From assembly GCF_030028105.1 (NCBI RefSeq), contig NC_092375.1:37237130-37301129 (forward strand): a stretch of DNA of 64,000 bases, given 5' to 3'. This document shows positions 52,101 through 62,819 of this stretch, one piece after another. The notes under the pieces are model-generated. The model was not told the DNA's origin and ran no database searches. It worked only from the letters and a program-made list of their open reading frames with translations. The DNA is from Mobula birostris. Lineage: Eukaryota. Each line of letters begins with the position of its first letter. The stretch's first letter is position 1. Made by a program: the position numbers and the translations under genes.

Positions 52101-55100
52101 TCACCCATCGTGTAAAGACACTGCCCAGCAGAAGGCAATAGAAAGCCACTTCTGTAGAAAAATTTACCAAGAACAATCATGGTCTTGGAAAAACCACGAT
52201 CGCGCATGTCAATTGACACGACACATAACGATGATGACGATAAATAATGCATTATCCCTCACAAAGGTTTGATTAATTTAGTCACATAGATAATTAGTCA
52301 ATTTACCAAGAACTTAAGAAACTACAAAGAGATGAGAGTCGATCCACTTACCTTGCTCTAGTAAATTGAAACCTTGAAATGCACGGCCATTCAGAGCAGT
52401 CCACATATCATCCATAGCTAGAAAAGTTTCCCGTTCATTCTTCTCCCCTTCTTAGGCAGTCCCTCAGACATGTCCCTCAACTTGCTTCCATTCCTTCTCC
52501 AGGTCCCAAGGGAACTGATGAAGCTAATATGGGATCCATTGATTCCATCACTGGTGGATCAGAATGGGTGGGTCATTTGAAAAGACACAAGATTCCCTCT
52601 CCTATTTACATCGGATGTCCGTGTGCTCAGGAAGTCATGGATTCATCAAAACATTTCCTTGAAATATCTTACTACTGCAGAGCTCAGAGAAGACAGGTCT
52701 TTTAGGAGTCCAGGATCAAGCATATACATGATGTGGCCAGCTCTTCTGAGCCAACTGAGGGTACTTAGATCTCTGAATATCAGGGATGTTGCCTGCTTAT
52801 TCTACAAATTGCAGAGACAGTGTTGGTAGTATCTCTCCAGAGTTTAAGATGCCTGCAATAGTTAGTCCATCTGTCATTCTTTTGCTCATCTACCATCACA
52901 CCCTCATCATTCTTGTTGGTCACCTTTTCAAAATCCTCAATCAAGTTTGTGAGACGTGATTTCTCACACACCAATGCACTGACAGCGGTAAGCGTAAAGG
53001 AGTTGGGGGCTTGCTGTTCTGGTTATCAACAGATGGTGCAACCCTGGTCATATTACGATCGAGGAACGTAATTGTAGCCCGGATATTGAACTTTTTGCTG
53101 TTGGACTCCACTGAGATACAACACTGGGCATCATGGGAGGTTGTTCCTGCCTGTGGCCATCGAACTTTGCAGCTCCTCCCATGGAGGGTCAGTCACCCTG
53201 AGCCAATAGGCTGGTCCTGGACCTATTTCCATCTGGCATAGTTTGCATATTGTTTGTGGTTTTTGTATTTCTATATTTATGCTCTATTCCTGGCTGATGC
53301 AGCTGTAATGAAACTCAATTTCCCTTGGGATCAATAAAGTATGTCTATGTCTATGTCTAAATCATGCAGACTATCCCTAATCCAACCTTGCCTTTTTAAA
53401 TGCAAATAAATCCTCCCTCTCAGAATCCACTTTCATGTCATTGATGTATAGATTAGGATGGTTGTCCCTGAGGTCCTGATATTCCAGGTTCCAAACATCA
53501 TATTGAAGGCTGGAGTTTGCCTGTGTATTTCCTGTAATATGTGTAGTCATTGTGCACCAGGTACCATGCAAGGATGCAAAGTGAGATCTGGGTTTAATGG
53601 CAAGCAGGTCTATAGATCCTGGAAACTAGCACCTGCTGCACAGAGCCAGCATCAGGCCGCAGCTTTTCCATAGATTTCAGAGGAGATCCAGGGTAGATAT
53701 CACATGATCTGGGGCTTTGCACCGCGTGCTCTCTTTTGGGGCGATGACATTCAGTCAACTTCAGGCAGCATCAAATGAACAGCTGAAATCATTGAATGAT
53801 CAACTAGCCTTTCCTAAGGTTTTCTCAGGGCTGATGAAGGGAGAGAGAGAAAGGGTGCTATCTGAGGGGCAGAGGGAGAGTTGGGAAGAGAAGGTGCCAG
53901 GGAATGAGGAGAGGGGATCGAAGGGTTGGAGGAAAATTGAGAGGAGTTGGGAGGAATCTAGGAAAGGAATAGAAGGAGCTAGATGAGTTTCAGGGTGTTC
54001 AAGAGAGGGTTGGAAGAAGGAGGAGTAAAAGGGAGGAGTAAGAGTGAGGGAGGGTTGGGATGGGGATCACTGAAGGGAAGGAAACAAACACAACAGGAAG
54101 TTAGGGGATACTGGGTGAGGGTGAGCTATGAAGGAAGGGAAGTGTCAACCCTACCCACAATTCTTCGCCAAATCAGAAAGATATCCATATATAGCAACTT
54201 CCACATTCCTTTCAAAGTAATCTGAAGTGTTTTGCAGTAAGAGGTTAGTGACTGTTGTAACGTAGGTGATATGACAGCTACTTTGCAAACTGTGACTAAC
54301 ATTGGCAAGGACACTGGGGGGTGCGGCCCCTGCTCCGCTTTGCAATTATGTTATTTAATCCACTTGAGTTTTAAGTCCTATCTGAAAGGCAAACACCTTC
54401 AGAGATTTTTCAGTACAGGACTGGAAATCAGCCAAGGTTTTGTTCTGAAGTCTCGCGTCTCTAGCCTTCTTACACAGGCTATATCAGTTATAATGAGCTA
54501 GCGTACAATTCTATTGGAATGAATTGTCATTACAGAATTGGCCAGCAAATAGGAAAAAATCAGCAAAGCTGTGTATCATTTGGATAAATTAATAAGTGGC
54601 TACTTTAAATTCCATTTCTGATTGGCAGCCTTAGAAGCACAGCATCTTGTGAAAATGTAAATCAAACGGGTAAGTGATCGATAGTTAAAGAGGTGTTAGT
54701 GGTTTCCCACAGTCTCAAAGCTCTGGGCTTTTATTCAGAGCATGAATTTCACCTCGGGTGTGGTTTTTAGATCTTTTACTCAAAATTGGTGACAAAATGG
54801 ACAATACCACATTCCCTTTGTATAGATTAAGTGATAGAAACTGCTTTGAAAAAGGAGAGTAAAATCCATGAAAATCAAGCTTTTATTGAAAAGAGTCAGA
54901 TTCAGAAAGAATCATATCACTGTTGTGACTGCTGAGACTACAATGAGACCCTGTAATTCAATTTAGATAATGATTAGTGTGGAGAAACTAACCTTAAAGT
55001 TATGAGATCTACTTTGTATAATGTTATGCAATGCAACTTCAAAAGTTTTTCCTGAATTATCTCACCAGATCCTGTTAAACATAAAAAGTATTGGACAATA

Positions 55101-56784
55101 TCGACATTATGCAGTCTGCTTGTGCTGATAGTTGCAGTAATTTGTTTTTACTCAATTTCAAGTAAGTGTTTCATGTTTTCTAAATTACAATGCTACATTA
55201 TTGTAAATTCTAAAAGAAGCTTGCGGCAAACATAGTCAGAGTACTGTCTTGTTCCAAGCCACACGGTCAAGTTTATGTTATGAATAAGCACCCAAGTATT
55301 TTATGTACAGAACTGTAACCTTTTAAAACCAATTTACTGGGATTGTTGGCAAACATACTGTATGCTCCAAATCAGTCCTGAACTCTAACTCAGATAGACT
55401 GTATCTTTTGTCCTTGCCATTGATGTTCCTTCTTCAGTTTACTTGAACACACACCTTCAGCTTGAAGCCGCCCCACTGCCTGTTGCTTGAATCCTTCCAA
55501 TCAGATTTTTGTCCTGGGATTTTGAAACAGCCACAGCCACTGATACCTTCTTTTACTCTGGTGGAAATGGCATGTGATGCATAAAGAACTTCTGGTTTTC
55601 CTCTCTGTGATGAATTGTTATAAGAAACTAGGTCTGCTTTCTCACATGAGCACAAATGTTCTCATGCTATTTCAAGGAGGAACAGTAAATTTGTCCTGTG
55701 TCCAGACCAACATTTAATCCTAGTATCACACTGTTGAATGCAAAATATTGTTGTGCACAAATTGCCTGGCACCTGCTTATGTATTATAACATTTCAAAAA
55801 AACATGCTTAACTTCAAAGTGCTTTAGGAAATCCTAAGAGTATGAAGAACACTTTATGAACAGACTTTACTCTGTGATGCTGCACTTAGTGACAAAATCA
55901 ACTTTGCCAACTTCTTGGTTGTCCAGCTCCATAGCGATTACCAGTAGCTCCAACCTTAACAAATGGATCACAGGGCTGCACCTCTTGCACTCCTCAAAGA
56001 ATTGCTCCGCAGCCACCCTGTAACTTCCTCCAGCAACTCAGCTCATCCCTTCCAAGGCTGTGGAGCACTCGGCCTCCACTCACTTTCTTGCCTACACCTG
56101 TTGCTGAGTGCCACAGGCTGGAATCAATGCAAGCCCCTCCACCTCATTCTCCAGCTTTCGTATTCCCCACTTCTTTAAAAAAGCTTCTAAAGAATTCTGC
56201 TTGTACCTGGCTTTCCAGTGAGAATTCATGTCAGAGACATGATATGAGAGATACTGATGCACTCAATAGTAATTTGTGCATTGAGTTTTATAGGATTGTT
56301 TTCATGTTTATATTATTGTGCTTATTGTATTTTTTATGCTGCATAGGCTGCAGAGTAACTATCATTTTGTTCCCCATCACACTCATGTATTGAAGAATGA
56401 CAATAAACAATCTTGAATCTTAAAACAGAACTTTTCCTATTACAGGTGCTAATTCAGACTTACAGCTTTTAGTTTTAATGATTCAGATGTCTGGTTGTTA
56501 AGAGTTTTTTTTCTCTGCTAGTACACTTCCATCAATCTTGACACACAGATCAATTTGCTTTAAAACATTATTTTTATGCTGCAGCTCTTTGGCTGCTTTA
56601 CCTTCTAAGCTCCTCTAAGGATTTTCCTCTCTGGTTTATTGCAGAAAAGAAGGTTCCATTATCAGTGATATCGGCCAGGCCTGAAAGTGAACAAACTGTG
56701 AAGCCACCAGTGAGACAGCAGCTTAACAATGATAACAGTGATGATGCTATTTACTCACTTCTTGGCCAGCATTACGTGTGTTAA
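47936..56784 (+). CDS. Multi-exon non-rearranging VJ-C1 immunoglobulin-superfamily type I membrane receptor (leader-V-C1-TM-cytoplasmic; 320 aa, or 329 aa with the candidate hinge exon)
   Basis: Exons 47936-47999, 49857-50216, 51142-51447, 55069-55161 and 56645-56784 sum to 963 nt = 320 aa + TAA. All junctions are phase 1 with no internal stop. Protein: MTLQRTQEICIGVFLYFFLIA/AKTNPKVFQTPPEIKVLKGDTAQINCLY...YFCEFSIEIPPPILTAKGEGTWLKVE/ARPTVQL...LICTSVEFYPGNIQASWFRDG...YSCQVNHSTLSTPIIKHSRDSSP/DPVKHKKYWTISTLCSLLVLIVAVICFYSIS/KKKVP...DDAIYSLLGQHYVC*. Confidence 0.85.
48200..48440 (-). mobile_element. SINE in intron 1 of the receptor (same type as about 19010-19290)
   Basis: tggaatgtgggagg..accgga..atccggaggaaac.cac.tgcacacggg blocks. 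Confidence 0.55.
48470..48810 (+). mobile_element. Rex1-type 3' end in intron 1
   Basis: aaaggcagcatccatc...aggaacaacttcttcccctcc, as in 8700-8860. Confidence 0.65.
49064..49113. repeat. (CA)25 microsatellite in intron 1
   Basis: Uninterrupted CA run. Confidence 0.95.
49480..49690 (+). mobile_element. Ancient SINE core (possibly DeuSINE-like); related copies at about 20200-20470 and 54215-54370
   Basis: Shared degenerate blocks tttgaagt.../aaatattgtccagga/gggatctt. The family name is from recollection, not from a search. Confidence 0.4.
49857..50216 (+). CDS. V-set (VJ-type) Ig domain exon
   Basis: Acceptor tttatcttttcttcag, donor GAGG|gtgagt, 360 nt, phase 1-1. B-strand Cys (INCLY), C-strand Trp (IKWMR), D-x-x-I-Y-F-C and the J-like G-x-G-T-x-L-x-V (GEGTWLKV) are all in one exon. 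Confidence 0.93.
50430..51110 (+). mobile_element. Degenerate CR1 in intron 2 (V-C1 intron)
   Basis: FNQYFPSVFT, KFPGPHQ, and aactacaggc.agtcagc motifs. Confidence 0.7.
51142..51447 (+). CDS. C1-set Ig constant domain exon
   Basis: Acceptor ttgcttttcag, donor CCAG|gtaaga, 306 nt, phase 1-1. C1 motifs: L-I-C-x-x-x-x-F-Y-P, W-F-R-D-G, Y-S-C-Q-V-N-H. Four N-x-S/T sequons. Confidence 0.93.
51835..52240 (+). mobile_element. RTE-related non-autonomous retroposon in intron 3
   Basis: Ends in aaagccacttctgtagaaaaattt...acacataacgatgatgacgat (RTE-type tail). Confidence 0.5.
54643..54669 (+). CDS. Candidate 27-nt hinge/stalk mini-exon (A-S-C-E-N-V-N-Q-T)
   Basis: Strong donor ACGG|gtaagt at 54670. 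The AG ending at 54642 gives a frame-preserving phase 1-1 exon with one Cys and an NQT sequon. That acceptor is weak, and the better AG at 54628 gives 41 nt (out of frame). Confidence 0.4.
55069..55161 (+). CDS. Transmembrane exon
   Basis: Acceptor ttatctcaccag, donor TCAA|gtaagt, 93 nt, phase 1-1. Encodes DPVKHKKYWTISTLCSLLVLIVAVICFYSIS; no charged residue in the hydrophobic span. Confidence 0.88.
56645..56784 (+). CDS. Terminal cytoplasmic exon with ITIM-like motif
   Basis: Acceptor tttcctctctggtttattgcag. Phase 1 reading gives KKKVPLSVISARPESEQTVKPPVRQQLNNDNSDDAIYSLLGQHYVC*, with TAA at 56782-56784. Confidence 0.8.
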
Positions 56785-57145
56785 ATATGGATGGGCCACC
56801 TGTTTTACCAAAGGCTGTCTGTGTAATCTTATTCTTTGAATATGCAAAGTCTCCTGTGACGTTCTTTCAGAAAATTTGGCATTACTCTTGCTGCATTTTG
56901 CCAGTTTAGTGTTGTTCTAGAAATTCCTCCAGTTTATATTACCTCACTGATTATTATATGTCAAACAATTGATTTAATGTTGCAAAATTGAACGAACAGG
57001 GAGCTGGTGAGAATCTTGCCATTATGCAAGAAATTTTTGATTGCAAACCGATCGTCCTCTCTTTGTTAAAGTGGAAACCTTATTGTTCTCAGGACACAGA
57101 GGTTCCATTCACTCAGATATTATCCTCTCATTTGTTTTTTTATTA

Positions 57146-59110
57146 TAAGACATAGGAGCAGAATCAGGCCATTTGGCCCATCAAGTCTGCTGTGCCATTC
57201 CATCATGGCTGACATATATTCCATCTCACCCCTGATTAATCAAGAACCTATCAACTTCCATCTTAAATATACCCGGTGCCTGGTGACTTGGCCAGAACAA
57301 CAGTCTGTGCCAATGAATTTCAGAGATTCATCAGCCTCTGGCTAAAGAAATTTTTTCCACATCTGTGTTCTAAATGGACGGCCCTCAATTCTGAGGCTGT
57401 GCCCTCTGGTCCTAGATTCCCCCACTATAGGAAACATTCTTTCCGCATCCACTTTATCCAGACCTTTCAATATTTAATAGGTTGCAATGAGATCCCTTTC
57501 ACCCTTAACCTCTGGTTGTAGTCCCACCTAACCTCAGTGGAAATATATATAGGCATCCATTAGTCTCGTGAGACCGTGGAAGGTTTCCAGGTCGCAGGAA
57601 GTATGAAAGACCAGCAAGTCTCCCCTTTTCACGCCACTGATGTTGTCCAAGGGAAGGGCACGAGGGCCAATACAGCTTGGCACCGGTGTCGTCACAGAGC
57701 AATGTGTGGTTAAGTGCCTTGCTCAAGGACACAACACACTGCCTCAGCCGAGGCTCAAACTAGCGACCTTCAGATCCCTAGATCAATGCCTTAACCACTT
57801 GGCCACGCGCCAACACAGTGGAACAAGCCTATATATACCCCTCATAATTTTGTGTACCTCTATCAAATCTCCTCTCAGTCTTCTACATTCTGAAGAATAT
57901 ACAGTTTGTAGATCTAACCTATTCAATCTTTCTTTATAACTCAGGTCCTCCAGTCCTGCTTGGCAACATCCTTGTGAATTTTCTCTATATTCTTTCAACC
58001 TTGTTTACATCTTTCCTATAGGTAGGTGACCAAAATTGCACACAATACTCCAAATTAGGCCTCACCAGTGACTTACATAACTTCAATATAACGCCCCGTC
58101 TCCTATATTCAATACATTGATTTATGAAGGCCAATGTGGCAAAAGATTTCTTTATGATCCTATCTATCCATGACACCACTTTCAATGAATTATGAACCTG
58201 TATTCCCAGATCCCTTTGTTCTACCACACTCCTCAGTTTCCTACTGTTCACCGTGTAAGACCTACCCTGTTTGGTCCTACCGAAGTACAAAAGCTCGCAC
58301 TTGTCTGTGTTAAATTCCATCTGCCTTTTTTCATCCCATTTTTCTGGCTGATGTAGATCCCTCTGCAAGCCATGATAGCCTTCCTCACTGTCCGCCACTC
58401 CCCTAATCTTGGTGTCATCCGCAAATTTTCTGATCCAGTTAACCACATTATCATTACTATAGATGACAAACAACAAAGGACCCAGCACCAGTCCCTGCAG
58501 CACACCACTAGTCACAGGCCTCCAGTCAGAGAGACAACCCTCTACTACCACTCTCTGGCTTCTCCCACAAAGCCAATGTCTAATCCAATTTACTACCTCA
58601 TCATGTATGCCGAGTGACTGACCCTCTTGATTAGCCTCCCTTCCGGGATCTTGTCAAGTGCCTTGCTAAAGTCCATGTGGACAACATCCACTGCCTTGCC
58701 TTCATCCACTTTCCTGGTAACTTCCTCAAAAAACTCCATTGGATTGGTTAGACATGACCTACCAGGCACAAAGCCATGCTGACTATCCTTAATCAGTCCA
58801 TATTTATCCAAATATTTACCTATCTGGTCTCTTAGAATACCTTGCAATAACTTTCCCACAACTGGTGTCAGACTCACCAGTTTATATTCCCTGGTCTATG
58901 TTTAGAAACGTTTTTAGACAGTGAAAAACACTGGCTATCCTGCAATCTTCTGGTACCTCTCCTAGGGCCCTGGCAATCTCTGCACGCCTCCTATAGTGTT
59001 CGAGGGAGCACCTTGTCAGGCCCTGGGGATTAATCCACCCTGATTTGCCTCAGAGTAGCAAACATCTCCTTCTCTGTAATCTGTACAGGGTCCATGAAGT
59101 TGATGCCACT
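57146..59110 (-). mobile_element. CR1 LINE fragments downstream of the receptor
   Basis: QHGFVPGRSCLTNPMEFFE, QGLVLGPLLF, FADDTKI, RPNLEYCVQFWSP. Confidence 0.9.
57551..57815 (-). mobile_element. tRNA-derived SINE inserted in CR1
   Basis: Minus-strand head gtggccaagtggttaagg...gctagtttgagcc; core aagtgccttgctcaaggacacaac. Confidence 0.65.
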
Positions 59111-59458
59111 TTGCCTCACTTCTATAGACTCTGTATCCATCTCTATTGTGTTGCTAGACCATGTATCGAACCTCCTTATTCATCAGTACTTTGGATTCCC
59201 CAGTTGGTCTGCAGTGCCTCAAAACTACTCACCTCCTTCCAGTGGTAGCCATGAATGAGAAATATGATGCTGGTCTTGTCAGTGACAACTACAGTTTGAA
59301 CATCAGATTAAAAAGAGGGCAAGAATATTAGCCAACCCAAATCCAAATATCACATGAGGAAATGCAAGAGAAATCTCAGAGGTGACACGGAAGAAAACTA
59401 AAAGGCCACCTTTACTTCTAGAACTGATTTTACTGCTAAGAGTCTTCCTAAGTCTCAC

Positions 59459-59532
59459 TGAGGCAGGCAAGATATGCAAAAAATGTAGTTAGGCAGGCAA
59501 GAAATGCAAAAAAAATGCAGTGAGGCAGGCAA
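59459..59532. repeat. About 31-bp tandem repeat, 2.4 copies
   Basis: tgaggcaggcaagatatgcaaaaaatgtag / ttaggcaggcaagaaatgcaaaaaaaatgcag / tgaggcaggcaa. Confidence 0.85.
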
Positions 59533-60399
59533 AAAAGACCAGAATGACAAAAAAATGTATAAAATAAATGCTGGGTATATTACAGATACTGTAGATTCAA
59601 TCACAAGGTTGCTTTGCCTGAAGTAAATGGATATAAAAATCGGAAGTTCACTGGCACCTGTTTTCTTTCATTGTCCTTAATTGCAGTGGTAAAAGTTCAC
59701 TCAACGAAAGCAAGATGTCTTATGAGAGAGATGAAAAAATAAATGCAACAAAATTATTGAGAGTAAACTTTGAGACCATTAAAATATGCTTTTTGGTCAT
59801 TTGCTTTACCACATATTTTATGGTTCAGAAATGAAATAAGACATTGGTCAATTTCTGGTGCATTTGAATTGCAATAGCAAGATTGGTCTGTGTCAAAGGT
59901 GTTTCATAAGTAAACAACATACCAAACCTGAATACATGCAGTACCTCCATGGTTTGATTTTTCTTTGTTGTAAAACTTTACAGCAGTCATAAATATGTGT
60001 GGAATAACCTTGAAACCAATGGCAATCAGACTGCAGTTTATTCCGGCATAGATTACACATGTAGACTTTGCATCTCTTAAACAATCAGCTTGTTAGTCAC
60101 TTATTTGTACTTGCAGTCACCACTGATATTCTGCGAATGAATGAAGAGAGAGGGAGAGGGAGAGAGACAGAGGGAGAGAATGAACAAGAGAGTTGTCTTC
60201 TGGTTTAATGGCAACCCCACTAGTCTTTTGGAGCATGGTACTAGTAACCCTTGCTAGGGGTCGCCACTCCCTGTTCCGGGCTGTGGCTTCACCTTTGCGA
60301 CAAAGCCAGTTACCCCAGACTATGGCTTCTATGGAGAGGCTGCAGATAAAATCTAGCCCTCCCAAGAAATAACCACCATGGATTTTCACCGTACCTTCA

Positions 60400-61690
60400 G
60401 AATCGGAATCAGAATCACGTTGAATATCACTGGCCAGATGTCATGAAATTTGCTGTTTCACAGCAGCAGTACATTGCAATACATAGTGATACTACAAATT
60501 ACAGTAAGTATGAGTGTGCATATATATATATAATGTATGTGTGTACTCTATGTATAAATTAAATAAGAAATGCAAAAAGAAAGCAAAAACAAAGCAGAAA
60601 AAAATGAGCGTGTGTACATAGGTTCATTGTTCATTCAGAAATCTGATCGCAGAGGAGAAGCTGTTCCCAAGATGTTGCATGTGTGTCTTCAGGCTCATGT
60701 ACCTCTTCCTTGATGGTAGCAATGAGAAGAGGGCAATTCCTGAGAGATGCGGGTCCCTAATGATGGATGCTACCTTTTTTGAGGCATTGCTTTTTGAAGA
60801 TGGCCTCGATGCTGGGGAGGCTGGTGCCCATGATGGAACTGGCTGGGTCTGCAGCTTTCTCCAGTCCTGTGCAGTGGCCCCTCCATATCCGATTGTGATG
60901 CAACCAGTTCAAATTCTCTCCACAGTACACCTGTAGAAATGTGCAATAGGCTTTGGTGACATACCAACTCTCCTCAAACTCCTAATGAAATATAGCCACC
61001 ACTGTGCCTTGTTTGAAATTGCATCCATATGCTGGCCAGGACAGATCTTCAGAGATGTCTGACATCCAGGAACTTGAAGCTACTTGCCCTTTCCACTGCT
61101 GATCCCTCGATGAGAACTGGCGTGTTTTCCCTCGACTTACTCTTTCTGAAGTCCTCAATCCATTCCTTGGTTTTAATGACACTGAGTGCAAGGTGTCGTT
61201 GTGACACCACTCAACCAGCTGATCTGTCCCAACCCCCCGTACACCTCCTTGTCACCATCTGAAATTCTGCCAGCAGTGGTTGTGTCATCAGCAAATTTAT
61301 AGATGAAGTTTGAGCTGTGCCTAACCACACAGTTGTAGACGTAGGGAGAGTAGAGCAGTGGACTAAGCATGCGTCCTTGAGGTGTGCCAGTGTTGATTAT
61401 CGGAGAGGAGGAGGTGTTATTTCTTATCCACGCTGACTGTGGTCTCTCAATGAGGAAGTCAAGGATCCAGTTGCAGACAGAGGTGCAGAAGTTCAGGATT
61501 TGGAGCTTGTTGATAAGTGCTGAGAATATGATAGTCTTCAACGCTGAGCTGTAACCAATAAACACTAGCCTGATGTACGTATTGGCATCGTTCAGGCGAT
61601 CCAAAGCCAAGTGGAGAGCCAGTGAGATTTTGTCCATTGTAGACCTATTGTGGTGATAGGAAAACTGCAACAGGTCCAAGTCCTTGCTTG
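60400..61690 (-). mobile_element. Rex1/Babar-type LINE (RT to 3' tail)
   Basis: LQFSYHHNRST, GTPQGRMLSPLLYS, KFADDTT, and a (TCAGAA)n tail at about 60405. Confidence 0.88.
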
Positions 61691-61989
61691 GGCAGGAGTT
61701 AATTTTGGCTGTGACCAGCTTCTAAAATACTCCATTACAGTAGATTTGAGTACAACTGGGCAACTCACCCTTCAGCATCCTGGTGAAACTCACAGGGAAT
61801 CAGTGATGCCAATGGTCGTGGATCAATTATTCCAAGCTGGAAGGCAAACTCCAGAGTGTGCATCAGGTGTAATTCATATTGATGTAGCAAGTTCCATTTT
61901 ATGGCGAAGATTCTTTCTTTAAACCCAGGAACTGTGAGTGATTAACTTTGGAAGATCAAATATGATGGCAGAATACAAGGTTAAAAACA

Positions 61990-62545
61990 TGAAACATAGA
62001 AAACCTACAGCACAATACAGACCCTTTGGCCCACAAAGTTGTTGCAAACACGTCCTTACCTTAGAAATTACTAGGCTTACCCATAGTCCTCTCTAAGCTC
62101 CATGTACCTATCCAAAAGTCTCTTAAAAGACCCTATTGTATCCGCCTCCACCACCGTTGCCAGCAGCCCATTCCACGCACTCACCACTCTCTGCGTTAAA
62201 AAGTTACCCCTGACATTTCCTCTGTACCTACTCCCAAGCACCTTAAACCTGTGCCCTCTTGTGGCAGCCATTTCAGCCCTGCGAAAAAGCCTCTGACTAT
62301 CCACACGCTCAATGCCTCTCATCATCTTATACACCTCTATCAGGTCACCTCTCGTCCTCCGTCACTCTGAGGAGAAAAGGCAAAGTTCACTCAACCTATT
62401 CTCATAAGTCATGCTCCCCAATCCAGGCAGCATCCTTGTAAATCTCCTTTGCACCCTTTCTATGGTTTCCACATCCTTTCTGTAGTGATGTGACCAGAGC
62501 TGAGCACAGTCCTCCAAGTGGGGTCTGATCAGGGTCCTATATAGA
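61990..62545 (-). mobile_element. CR1 3' end
   Basis: MYKMMRGIERVDSQRLF...GNFLTQRVVSAWNGL. Confidence 0.88.
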
Positions 62546-62819
62546 TGCAGGATTAATACTAATGGCAGGATTCTTAGCAGTGTGGAGGACTTAGTTTGTT
62601 GTCCACGTCCATAGATGCATCAGAATTGCCGTGCGGTAATTCTGATGTCAGGTGTATGGTGTATAGGCAAATAGTGTGTTGTCCTTCATTAGTTGGAGGG
62701 TTGATTTCTAGAGCTGTGAGTTTGACCCGTGGCCAATCAGTGAACAGAAGTTTGAGAAGAAGAGACGACTTCACAAAAGGTCTGTGATTGAAAATTTTAA
62801 AAAGGACAGCACTTTGTGG

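Noticed and set aside
47936-56784. Tapasin, MHC or B7 identity
   Set aside because: There is no tapasin N-terminal domain or C-terminal KKxx, and no peptide-binding-domain exons. The G-x-G-T J motif is atypical of B7 V domains. These are not formally excluded without a phylogeny.
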